Source of the DNA: Nemertoderma westbladi
Lineage: Eukaryota; Animalia; Xenacoelomorpha
NCBI GenBank assembly: GCA_032718475.1
Contig: JAUCBJ010004653.1
Span: forward strand, 1 to 54,459
Reading direction: 5' to 3'
Length of the DNA stretch: 54,459 bases
Below, piece by piece: positions 38,601-50,900 of the stretch. Both the position numbers and the translations under genes were made by a program. The notes beneath the pieces are model-generated. The model made no database searches. It was given only the letters and a program-made list of their open reading frames with translations, and was not told where the DNA came from. Each line of letters opens with the position of its first letter. Within the stretch, counting starts at the first letter, position 1.

Positions 38601-40226
38601 ATTACTTTGTATTATTATTGGTGCAATTATATTTGCGTTTTTATTATAATTTGCATTATATTGCAATAAATCAATATTTGGTGTTAAATTGTTATTTAAA
38701 TTTCCATTTAAATTAATACAATTATCAGTATCTCGGCTCATCAGCCTTATACTGTCTCCTTCAGAGACTCCCTGTACTAACCCCTGTGTTGCGGGTAACC
38801 TGGCCGATGTCTGAACGGCTTGCCGCTGTACAAGGTATGTCGGCCGACGGCCTGCTGTCTGGTCTATGTCAACCAGTTGGGTTTGTTTATTTAATAGATT
38901 TAAATTATTAAATTCTATGGGTTTATTTAATTCAACCCGATTATTTGTTTGCTTGCGGGCTGCGGCAACCTGCGCCAGACCGCACGGCACTGAGACACTT
39001 TGACTAACCTGGGTAGGGCGGGACACTGAACTACCATTCTCAGAGGCTGCTCGTAGACTAACTAACCGTTTTTGCTGTCGGGCCTCTAATTGTTGTTTCC
39101 TATTTTTCGCTAACCTGTGGGCCCTAACCCTTCTAGCCTTCTCTTCCCTCTCTAACTCCTGTTCTAGGAGTTCACCCTCCAGTTCCCGTTGTTCTATAAG
39201 GAACTGGGCATGTAGTTCTTCCTCCCTTACCCCCCTAGATGAAGCTACTGACATGTAGTTTGAGCGAACTTGGCTCGAAATAAAAGTCCCCCGATTGGAC
39301 TCAACCTGGGAAACTGAATCACTGGGTAGGAGCTCTGCTTCCGCCTCCCTCATCTCTCCCCCCAGTGGTACACTATCCCAATTTTTGGCGACAGCTGTCG
39401 CGGCTTCACCTACTACAACCTTACCAACCCTGTATATACCTACCAGTTTATGCGTAATATACAGTACAGTAAGTAAGTTGGCTATATGGTCCGTTATTTG
39501 GTCACTTGCCACCTCCTGCTGATATTTATTGAGGTGCTCTATGTACAAGTTTACCTGCTCGACGGCCTCGTCAATGTTGAAGTTTAACGTACCCGTCTTG
39601 ACCCCATCCTCCATATGGTCCCTAGCGCGTCTGTATTTCCGCGCCAGTTTCTCGACCTCACCTGTATCCCTAGAAGGAAGGGTCCCCTTCTCGATCGTAG
39701 ATCGCGTTAGGCGTCGGGCGCGGGTGGGTTTAACGGGTGATCCAGCTCGTGTATCGCTCCGTGCTCCCCGCGGCTGCAATCGAACGACCGCGTCCTCGAC
39801 CGTCGCTGCCCCCGCGGTGGCACCCGCAGGAGCACGTCTGTCGTCTGAATCGGAATGCTGCGGGCTCCCCCCATCAGGGCTCAGTGTCCTCGGCCGAACT
39901 GGGTGTTGCCCTGTTGTAGTTGGCAGTACCAGTCCAGTGCGCAAGTTCACCGCTGAACCGACGCGCCCTGGAACCGTGGATGTTTGGTTGGTATCAGGTA
40001 CATTGACTGACTCCGGTAAAACCGCCGAGTCAGAACATACCTCGGGTTGCGGGTCTCCTCCAATGGCCCCCTGGGAGCCGGGTTGATCCGCGTGGGATGA
40101 GTCTGACCATCCCTCGAACTGGCTGTCTGCTGAGCCGGTTGGAGTCCCGTCTAAGTGGGACGAATGTTCGGGGCCTACCGTACTGGCTGTGCCCCGCCGG
40201 GTTTCTCCTGGGATACCGGTACTCAT
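32664..40226 (-). pseudogene. BEL-B gag-pol polyprotein (few stops, one frameshift)
   Basis: CKHC..GHFSTNC knuckle; ALVDNGA protease; TCDVEAMFHQV and FYVDD RT; LHAFSDAS and TIPRLEL RNase H; GTDMFGP, SDNGGNF, AGVWERL integrase. Confidence 0.93.
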
Positions 40227-40488
40227 TATCGCTGCGGGACAGCGTAGCTAGCGTAGGTACTTAGCGCGGAGGCGTTGGGCAGGGTACCGCACCGGTGACC
40301 GGTATGCTGGCTGTAAGCTGTTGTAATTGCTGACCGCGTACTGCCGTAGGGCTAGGCAACAGTTCGTAGGCCTACCCTACTACAACGACAACGTTTTTTA
40401 CCATAATTACCGGTGACCGGACCGGTACGCACTTACAGTTCTGTCGTTGATCGCTCCTTTTACTTTTACCTAGCTGGGTGCCTAGAGA

Positions 40489-41079
40489 TGTTGAAGAAGC
40501 AGTTTTTAGCAGCCCTATCCGGACAATGCTTCTACTTTTATTCCCCACTGCTGGCTGATGAACCTGTGAGCCGCTAATAACGTGTAGCTCCCGCCCTTCC
40601 CGAACCCATGATAATAAAGTTGAATAGATCTTAGAATGATGTTGTTATGCATAAGTGAGTTTTATTGGCCGGTCTGTGAGTAACTGATGTTGAATGTCTG
40701 AAAAGGCAGAAACTACGGTAGAAGCAATGGCACGCTGTCAAGTACACTGCAGAAGGAATAATGCAGAGGTTGAGAAACGCCCTGCCTTATAGGTTCTGGC
40801 GGTAGAACCGTTAGCGAATGGGAGACAACAGCCACTCACAGAGCGCGGTATGATACACACCTATAAATAGCACCCAATCATGACACAGTAATACCATGGC
40901 TACGCTACACCTACTGTAAGGGCCGGTGGCAATGCTGTAATAGGTGAAGCGGCCGAAATGGTAGAACTATTGGTATTGTGGGTAGTTAAATGGGGAAAGA
41001 GAGATGAGGGAATATTGGAAATTGAAGCCCCTACCCATATAATGGTTCTTATGGCCGGGATGGCTGGGCTACGGTCACC
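40489..41079 (-). repeat. BEL-B 5' LTR (~591 bp)
   Basis: Ends ...CTTCAACA; minus-strand AATAAA at ~40537-40542; first base mutated here but TG in the copy ending at 50900. Confidence 0.9.
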
Positions 41080-41569
41080 TATATTATACGGTGCAATGCA
41101 ATAACACATAAAAATGTTCATTTTAATAACCTGAGTAACAGATTTACAGCATTACTATAATACTAATTTCTTTAATTATATTTACAGTGCATAGGGGGTG
41201 GCTGTTGGCCTCGACTGGCATTGCCATTGCAAACAGTCACAACCCCCATAATAAATCGTCGTTAGGTGACGAACAAGTGCAATTTCATATCATATGATTA
41301 CTATTATACAAACTTGAAACAAACTTCAAAACTAAACCGTTAGGCCTTCAGCAACGCAGGGAAAGGATGTCCACAACACACTAAAGCGCCCACATTAGAT
41401 TCGCCCGCGTGCCCTTTAAAGTATGCCCTCTCGCCATACAGCGCCCACTTCAGAGGAAGGTAAGACTTTGTTTGACGCCCTTGCCCGCAATAAGACCTTA
41501 GATCAGGGTAAAGCGTGACACCATCCTGGGACACCGTAAAATTTAGGATTAAATATTTCAGATTCAGAC

Positions 41570-42160
41570 AGAGGCAAAAACCCGGATTAACCTGTATCTC
41601 CTACAGGTGTCAGCTATTGCTGTTCGTTAGTACGCGCAAGTACACTTCGTCACCTTCAAGGCAGAACCCCCTACGTCGATTTTTTTAGATTTTCATGTTT
41701 TTGACTTTTTGGGTAATTCGATATCAGCTTTTTCGTCTGGCAGAACCCCGAAGCTTTTCGACCAGCCATTTTTGAGTTATAAGCCAAAGACAGTTCCCCG
41801 TAACTTATGCCCACTTCGAGGCAGAACCCCACAAGTCAATAATTGGCTTGCAAAACACCGTAAATTCAAGTATATGAAATTCAGTCCACCTGGCAAAACC
41901 CCTTAAATCAGAAATAACAACCAGTAAAACCCCTTAAATCAGAAACAATAACCTGGCAAAACCCCGTAATTTCTCATTTATATACTGGTTTGTATTGCGG
42001 CCATGACACAAACATTATTGAGGTAACACAAACATTAATCTGGGATACAAACATTTATCAGGGACACAAACATTAATCAGGGACACACATTAAGTGGTAC
42101 AAACATTAATAAGGGACAAAAACATTAATTAGGGACACACATTAATCAAGGGCACATACA
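41570..42160. repeat. Repeated GGCARAACCCC motifs followed by a ~19-bp GGGACACAAACATTAAT minisatellite
   Basis: About 7 GGCARAACCCC-like copies in 41573-41966 and ~8 degenerate tandem units in 42000-42160; copied at ~51390-51980. Confidence 0.75.
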
Positions 42161-43005
42161 TTTTGTAGTCACCCCTAGCAAACGAATGTCACAGAGAAAT
42201 CAGCTAATAAGTTGAATTTGCTTTTAAAAGTAAGCAATTCAAACGAAAACGCAGTGGAGGTGTACGTGGACGAGTGTAGTGGTGTTTGGGCGAGTTACGA
42301 AGTTAACAAAAGATTTTCCATTTTATTAAAATTCGTTGAAACTTTACTAAAACTAACAACCATGAATTGAATATCCTTGTGACATTTGTCCTGTTCGCTC
42401 ATTCATTATTATACTATCAGATTAATAATAATATTAACATAATATTAATTATGTTAATAAAATAATATTAACATAATGTCGCCTCCCTTGATGTTAATAA
42501 AGTTTGTTAAAGTATAAATAAAATAGAAGAAACAACAAAATAAAAGTTAAAAAATCTTATTATAAACAGTAGCAATACAGCCAGCAGAAATATAATCACT
42601 GAAATGGACTCAAGATAAACAATGTGGTAGGTAAATAACCGTAAAAGTATGGTTGGTGGGATCTCTTCAGCGGCGGGATTCAGTTGTGCATACAGAATCT
42701 CAGAGTCACACAGTCTTCAATAAAATAGTGTAATTTAGGGTGGCATAATTTTCTAAGGGCATTTTTTTCCTAGGAAAAATTTACAGGGGGGGGGGGGGGG
42801 GGCATTTTTTCCTAGGAAAATATGCCCCTCAGAGCACATTTTCCGGGGGGCATATTTTCCACGTAAAACTGGCAACCAGTACAACAGTAGCCTACCGCAG
42901 TAGCCTACAGCAGTAGCTACAATGTAAAGCTACTTATATACGGTGCTACGAATCATTATTCAATGTGAAATACTGTATGAGTGTATATATTCTAACATAA
43001 CTTAC

Positions 43006-43143
43006 CAATGCATGATTCAGGATTGGCCGTTATTGCATTCAGAGAATATCCGTTATTGCATTCACATGTGAATGAACCAAGAGTATTTGTGCAGCTGGCA
43101 TCAATGTGGCAGTTATGAGTATTGGTATTACATTCATCAATAT
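43006..43143 (-). CDS. Host gene exon, cbEGF type A' (copy 2)
   Basis: Identical by eye to 11412-11549; intact splice sites. Confidence 0.88.
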
Positions 43144-44204
43144 CTGCAGCATAACATATATTGTTACTAATTAATTAAATATAAAGTGTATTCTGTATAC
43201 TGTATAGTATATAGCGTACTGCACGTGTGTTTGTCTTTCAAATAACCCTTTTAGGTACCTGTGATGCAATAAATTTATACATATAATGGGCAAGAAGGCT
43301 CTTAAACAGTAAGCTTTAGTTAGAGTTTGTTGCCAAATTGCTCCATTTATTTGGATTAATAAACGTTAAAACAATTATTGGTAAGCATTAATAAGACCAA
43401 AAGTTGAGATTTTTGAGTGACATTTAGAAACCACCAATTCAATAGTCTCCCACTCGAGGTCTACATGTTTAAACTTTAAATGTTACTACTACACCTTTTC
43501 AACATGTATTTCTGAAAACATCACATTGATTTCAGAAAGGTCTATTTGGGTTTCAGTTTTTTTAATTTTGATTTCATAATGTTACAATTTGATTTCAATA
43601 AATCTATTTCGATTTCGGTAAATTCAAAGTAGATTTCAGTTCGGTTTTATGAAGTTTCATAAACGTCCCGTTTGAATTTCAGAAAATTATGTTCGATTTC
43701 AAATTTCCTTTCGAATTTCCGATTTTTCATTTGAATTTCAGAAAGAAGACAATGGAATACCTACAAAACTGCAATAATGGCAATAACAAACAAATAATTT
43801 GCAATTCTATGATGATGAAAATTATCATAGAATGTATGCTATCAAGTATGCTGTCTCCCCTTGTGAATTCTCTCTACATTTCCTGGCTTGGTCTCCTGAG
43901 AATCCCTTCAGCTGCGGGGCGAAACCTACCGATCAGCTGGCTGCTTTCAGCTGATCACTGATTGCATGCAACGTCTAGGTCGTGTTGCTTTTTAGTTTTT
44001 TACATACTTCGGTACTGACATACCTACCGGTACCAGTAAGGTTTTTTACTTCACGTGATTGATAAATAAATAAATATAATTCGTAATTATTGGTTACTCA
44101 AGCTTCTACTTCAATAATGAAAATTATAAGATTCTATAATTCAATTATATTTTTTGAAATCAAAGTAATGTTTTCTGAAATACATGTGGAAAAGGTGTAG
44201 ACCA

Positions 44205-44644
44205 CTACCTGTGACTTTCAAAGTGAACTGTCAAAATTTTGGTCTTTTTGGACTTAATAAAAAGACCAACACTAGAAGCAGTAGCCTGTTCTAATGAGCT
44301 GAAGAGCCGTTGGGCTCCCTCTAGTGATTCTGAGAGTACTCCTAAGTCATCAGCAAAGTCTAGATCAGTTAGGTATGTGGCAGGATTTCTTCGACTTCGG
44401 GAGCCAGTAGGAGGAGTTACCAACACCCCATCATCATTATGATGATCTGAGGACATGCTTAAATAGAACATAGACGACCACAATGAATAAGAATGGTGCA
44501 AGTGTGTCTCCCTGGAGGTACTCCCCAACTTCGAATGGAGCTGTGTCACCATCAACAGTAGACACAAATGTTGTCGAACCATCGTATACTGATCTGATTG
44601 CTCCATCTGCACTTGTAAAGTTTGCCGCTAGAGAGCAAAATATC
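44205..44644 (-). mobile_element. RTE-like RT fragment (copy 2; copy 3 at 54025-54459)
   Basis: Same motifs as 12592-13025. Confidence 0.8.
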
Positions 44645-44648
44645 TTAA

Positions 44649-45360
44649 GGGGGGGGTACACCATTTTGGTCAAAAATATGTCGAATTTTTTTTTATTATC
44701 TATTATAATGCACCATTGAATGGTGTTTCCAAATCTGAAAACCGCTATTTAATAGCTCTTTCAGTTTTTAAGTTATAACAATTTCCATTTAGGGATTCCT
44801 ATTGAAATTACTATTACTATATATAATGAAAGGTCGATTATCTCAAAATATTTTTTTTATGAAATAGTCAACTTCAAAACCCTACTACTTCTACAATTTT
44901 TGAGCAATTAGTCTGAAACTTTCTGTGGGAGTCTACATAGCCACCCTGCATAAAAGTATCAGACAACTTTTCGAAATTATTTGTTAATAAAATTTAATAC
45001 TATTTATAACAAACCTAAAAATTAGGCATAAATTTGCAGCGCCACCTAGCGGTGCAGAATTATTTTAACAAAATTTCGCCTGATAGTTATGTTGCCCCAT
45101 CTTTGATCTATCATATAAAAAAACTTTCATGTGATTAGATTCAAAACTGTAAAAGCCTTAGGGTTTTAAGCGCAACCAAGTTTTTTTTGTTGTTAACTAG
45201 TATTAACTAATATTAAATAGCTAAAAATAAAAATTTTCTAACCTGTCATGTAGAATAGCATCTTAGGCACCTATATTCCAAATTATAGCCAAAACCAAAC
45301 AATTTTGAAACGCTGAGAGTGATAAATCGAAGAGTTGTCCGAAAATGGTGTACCCCCCCC
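44649..45360. mobile_element. TTAA-targeting MITE, Kolobok-type, 712 bp
   Basis: TIRs GGGGGGGGTACACCATTTT / AAAATGGTGTACCCCCCCC; TTAA on both sides; empty site ATATCTTAAAGTG at 13024-13036 in the paralogue; purine termini fit Kolobok rather than piggyBac (CCY). Confidence 0.92.
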
Positions 45361-45447
45361 TTAAAGTGAAAACAGTATATATTTTCGTTATTAGTTTATA
45401 AGGGACATTAGCAGATATATAAAATACTGTATGCTAACATAACTTAC

Positions 45448-45570
45448 CAGTGCATGATACACCATCACCAGAATAGCCGTTATTACATTCACATGTGAAT
45501 GAACCAACAGTATTTGTGCATCTGGCATCAATGTGGCAGTTATCAGGATTGGTATAACATTCATCAATAT
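45448..45570 (-). CDS. Host gene exon, calcium-binding EGF domain (type B)
   Basis: AG/GTAAGT flanks, 123 bp; [41 protein letters not shown]. Confidence 0.93.
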
Positions 45571-45639
45571 CTGCAGCATATTATATATAGTAACTAATTA
45601 ATTAAATATAAATACGAAAAACCAAAAAAAACCATAAAA

Positions 45640-48600
45640 AGGGAGATGCAACTCCAATTCAAACTAAACCGTAGATCACTGGAGTTAGACATGGACGAGC
45701 TGGACATGACTTGTCTGCCCTGGATCGCTTGGAAATTCGACATCGCAAAATTCAGAAGCGAATAGAAGAATGAAGCGTAGGAGTGATCGAATGAGGAGAG
45801 GAATTCATCGAGGATTACTGTAAACGTTTTCCCCAGGTTATTCCTATGCTCAAACCTATGACTCCGATGGAACCGATTATAGTTGTAAAGACAAAGGAGA
45901 TATTGCCTGTGTGTTGGACTCAAAGTAACAGGTTTGTTATGTTGGAGTCGATTCCGCAACCACGAGCGACTTCATCGCCGATTTTAGCAGGTAAGGTAAG
46001 TAGTCCACCTACCATAAGCCGTAGTTTACTTGTAGAAAGAGACGAACCTGCGTTTATGACAATTAAACAGGTAAATAAGCCATTACCAGTTAAACCTTTA
46101 ACGTGCTGCATGAACCCAGTCATTTATAGACCGACAACGGCTAAACCGGAGCTCTTTATTCGACCTTTAACACATTGTGGAACGAAACGTACAACTTCGC
46201 GGAAGGCTTGCAAGCCTACCGAATGACAATGGACTAACTTTGTGGGTAGTACACACAGGTTAGAACAGCACTTATCGAAACATACGACTTCGGGGAAGGC
46301 TTGCGAGCCTACCGAACGACAAAGAACCGTGGATTCCGAAGAAAAGCGAATGCGGCCGACGAAATTTACATGCCGCACGTGAATTCGCCAACCACCGTAT
46401 CCCGACAACAGCGACTCACCCAGTGATTCAGAGTCGATGGAATGGGAAATATTCCATACTGGAGTGGCAGTGGATTATAAACGAGAGGAGAGATCGACAA
46501 ATCCATACATCGACAATCCTCCATGAGATACGCCCGCTCAGAAACCCACGTTGCAACCGGCCGAGGAGATTATCACTAGACAGCTCGCCGAAATAATGCG
46601 ACCTATAGCGGACTGACTGGCTCAGATCGAAGAGCGGCTTGAAGCTCCATCATCGGATCGATCACGGACCTGCATGGAATTGGAACGACCTAGACCACAT
46701 CGACCACCATATAGAGAACCGGAGGCCAGACAAACTCCGAACCATCGAGTAGACGATCCCGTTAAACTTTCCTACCGACGAACAATGCGCGGACGGGAAT
46801 GACTGGACGCTATTACCGAACAGGGACACGGACAGTTGGACTTAGTCAATGAGATTGCTAAGTTTGAGCCAGACACGGATTACCAGCACAACAACCGCCG
46901 AAATTTTCTGGCAACACAAAACACTGGCGTATGCTGGTAGACTACGTAGAGTCCCAGATCGCTATGTGTGCCTTCACCTCAACAGAGAAGTTTAATTACT
47001 TGCTCCAAGTTCTATCTGGTGAGCCGAAAAGATTAGCGGAGACCTTCATCGGTGTTCCGAACGCCTTTGAGTTGGCATAAAACTGTTTGTTTTCCATATA
47101 CGGTGGCAACGTGGCCATGGCTACATCTATTATAGAAGACCTCTGTAGAGGTGGACCTATTTCGAAACCAATCGATCTTCTATGACTCGCGGATGAGATA
47201 AAAAACGCTATAGGGACTTTACGGTCCATTGGTCAACTCGAGTACGCCAACGCGCCAACAGTTCTAATTAGGATCATTGGCAGACTCCTCATTGGCTACG
47301 CCGAGAATGGCGACTAAAACACCAGTGTGAAGAGGTTGGCGGGCTACTGAAACTCACCGATGTTTACCAGTTGATCTCACGTCGCGGGAGGCCGTGGTTG
47401 AGACCATGTCTAACTATACGGCCCATCACATAGCGGCAGAAGGAATAGCTATTGTTGCACCGAATCGGACCAAGCAACTTCCGACGAACACGAAAGCCGT
47501 GACCTATGCCACCCCAACGGTCACTTCCAAGGTTCTGACGCCTATCGCCACCAAACAGCCACGTCAACAGTTGCTGGCAGATTTTGTGGGATGCCCATAC
47601 TGCGAGCGGAACGGCGGAAGATATAGCAGACACAAGCTACGTACGTGGATGTCGCGCTTTTAAAGATTTAGGAGTTGAGGAAAGATGACTCCAGATTCGC
47701 CCATTGGATTCTTGTTGGAGATTACCATGCCTGGACACATCCAGAAGGACTGCCCAAAAGATGACACATGTCCTCTGTGCAGACGTAACCATGACGCGTT
47801 ACTCCACACAACCAGTCACACTCCAACTAAGCACTTTCGACAAGAGTATCCCAATAAAGCGGCTAGATGCGACGCGCTTTATAAAGAGCGCGCACCGCGC
47901 GAAATCCGTACTTTCTACACCGATTGTATAGATCAATCAGGATCATCGGATGGGGAAGAGGAGGAAGATGACACCTTTTATGTGCATGCAGGAGAAGAAC
48001 AACCATATATAACACTCCTTACATACAACCAGTTGAAAGGGTTTAGCGTGATACCAATTAAGATCACAGGAACCCGAGGGAGCAAGCGTATATACGCTAT
48101 CTTGGAATATGCGTCGTCACATCGTTACGTCCACGAACAAGTAGCCGACATAGTTACAGACATGAGCCAAGGTAAGACTGCTCAGTATATGGTTAGTAGT
48201 ATGCATGGTAAAAGGGCAATACCTGTGACTAGAGTAAAATTAACCTTAGATACTCTTCTTTCCAAAGCGGAACACAGCAAGAAGGAATGCTCACTACTTC
48301 CGGTAAGGAACTTGACCTTTGCGGCCACAAAGGACTTTAGTAACCAGCTCGGTCCTGTGCCAGAGCAATTCCTGGAAGACCGTAAGTATTTCCGACATCT
48401 TGGAATACTGGAATGTCCTGTTAATTATCGCTCAATTGTGATGTTAATTTGGAAGGGCCAGTTTAACTTGCATCAAGTATGGGAGACATGCCCATCTGTG
48501 ATAACAGCGGGCAACCCTTACGCATGTAGAACTCCCATAGGTTGGTATACTAGAGCGCCTGTGCGTTTACTAGAGGTAAGTGATCAGGAGGACTACATCT

Positions 48601-49554
48601 TGCGCAGGTGTAGTTTACTGACTACCACGATAGCTAATTCTCCTTCACACTCCTGTGGTCCAATTGTACGACAGACTTACGTCGCTACCGACACTGACGT
48701 AACAGATCTGGACGAGACCACACGGACCTCTAACATACAGCTACTTGCAGCGAAACAGGTTGTATCGACCACCGAAGACCAAAGGGTTGTTGCTGTGGAT
48801 GACTCGATGAACGAGGATTTTGGAAGGCTTGGGAGCCTACCGACAAATCTGAAGGTCATTGACCCTATTCACCAAGCTTTAACACCGGTCGCTGATCTTG
48901 GAAGGCTTGCGAGTCTACCGACAGATCAAAACGTTTCGATGCTGACTAGTGACACCGGAAGGCTTGCGAGCCTACCAGCCACATTGACACTAGCCACCGC
49001 AGCGGACAATGATGTAGAAAAGGACTGTGGCGCAGTGCAAGCCGCACTTGACCGACTGCTGACTGAGAAGACCATTAAGTGGTTGGAATAGGACTCAGCA
49101 GAACCCGGTAATTACGAGACCGCTATGTCAGAACAGGAAAAACAGTCATTAAAGATTATGAAGGATACCATTCACCAGATCGCGAATGGCCACTACGAAG
49201 TTGGAATATTGTGGTGCTATGGACAACCTAAGCTCGTTAACAACTACCCACTTGCTTTGAGACGACTCAAGTCGATACGGCAGTGGCTAGCGGCTGTTGC
49301 GTGATGAGACAGCCCATATGCAATACAACGCAGAACTTCAGATGTATCTCCAAAAGGGATACGCCATTAGGATGACAAACCCTGAGGTAACCACAGACCA
49401 AACATATTATCTGCCATATCATTTTGTTCGACACCCAGACAAACCTGGCAAGGTGAGTGTGGTCAACGACTGCGCCGCACTTTACCAAGGGATGTCTATG
49501 AATAGCGAATTGATGGACGGGCCGAATATGAACAATTACCTAATGCGTTTCAGA
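45640..49554 (+). mobile_element. Second, truncated copy of BEL-A (gag, protease, start of RT)
   Basis: Paralogue of ~14445-18411; ORF 47685-49091. Confidence 0.92.
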
Positions 49555-50309
49555 TGGGTGATCCAGCTCGTGTATCGCTCCGTGCTCCCCGCGGCTGCAA
49601 TCGAACGACCGCGTCCTCGACCGTCGCTGCCCCCGCGGTGGCACCCGCAGGAGCACGTCTGTCGTCTGAATCGGAATGCTGCGGGCTCCCCCCATCAGGG
49701 CTCGGTGTCCTCGGCCGAACTGGGTGTTGCCCTGTTGTAGTTGGCAGTACCAGTCCAGTGCGCAAGTTCACCGCTGAACCGACGCGCTCTGGAACCGTGG
49801 ATGTTTGGTTGGTATCAGGTACATTGACTGACTCCGGTAAAACCGCCGAGTCAGAACATACCTCGGGTTGCGGGTCTCCTCCAATGGCCCCCTGGGAGCC
49901 GGGTTGATCCACGTGGGATGAGTCTGACCATCCCTCGAACTGGCTGTCTGCTGAGCCGGTTGGAGTCCCGTCTAAGTGGGACGAATGTTCAGGGCCTACC
50001 GTACTGGCTGTGCCCCGCCGGGTTTCTCCTGGGATACCGGTACTCATTATCGCTGCGGGACAGCGTAGCTAGCGTAGGTACTTAGCGCGGCGGCGTTGGG
50101 CAGGGTACCGCACCGGTGACCGGTATGCTGGCTGTAAGCTGTTGTAATTGCTGACCGCGTACTGCCGTAGGGCTAGGCAACAGTTCGTAGGCCTACCCTA
50201 CTACAACGACAACGTTTTTTACCATAATTACCGGTGACCGGACTGGTACGCACTTACAGTTCTGTCGTTGATCGCTCCTTTTACTTTTACCTAGCTGGGT
50301 GCCTAGAGA

Positions 50310-50900
50310 TGTTGAAGAAGCAGTTTTTAGCAGCCCTATCCGGACAATGCTTCTACTTTTATTCCCCACTGCTGGCTGATGAACCTGTGAGCCGCTAATA
50401 ACGCGTAGCTCCCGCCCTTCCCGAACCCATGATAATAAAGTTGAATAGATCTTAGAATGATGTTGTTATGCATAAGTGAGTTTTATTGGCCGGTCTGTGA
50501 GTGACTGATGTTGAATGTCTGAAAAGGCAGAAACTACGGTAGAAGCAATGGCACGCTGTCAGGTACACTGCAGAAGGAATAATGCAGAGGTTGAGAAACG
50601 CCCTGCCTTATAGGTTCTGGCGGTAGAACCGTTAGCGAATGGGAGACAACAGCCACTCACAGAGCGCGGTATGATACACACCTATAAATAGCACCCAATC
50701 ATGACACAGTAATACCATGGCTACGCTACACCTACTGTAAGGGCCGGTGGCAATGCTGTAATAGGTGAAGCGGCCGAAATGGTAGAACTATTGGTATTGT
50801 GGGTAGTTAAATGGGGAAAGAGAGATGAGGGAATATTGGAAATTGAAGCCCCTACCCATATAATGGTTCTTATGGCCGGGATGGCTGGGCTACGGTCACA
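50310..50900 (-). repeat. Duplicated BEL-B 5' LTR (with leader and gag start at 49556-50309)
   Basis: Near-identical to 40489-41079; intact TG...CA. Confidence 0.92.

Larger units (their letters stand above)
29936..41079 (-). mobile_element. BEL/Pao LTR retrotransposon BEL-B, young and nearly intact
   Basis: Two LTRs differing at only ~6 sites in ~430 aligned bp by eye; PPT AGGGGGGAG before TG; gag-PR-RT-RH-IN ORFs 38019-40226, 35502-37838, 33624-35468, 32664-33614. Confidence 0.95.
42161..49554 (+). repeat. Older segmental duplicate of 10568-18411 (exons A' and B, RTE piece, 5' part of BEL-A)
   Basis: Colinear, roughly 98% identical by eye; lacks ~13293-14445 and ~14490-14549; carries an extra MITE. 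Confidence 0.95.

Noticed and set aside
40468-40488. BEL-B primer-binding site
   Set aside because: The sequence after the LTR (TCTCTAGGCACCCAG) lacks the TGG start; the tRNA cannot be assigned by eye.
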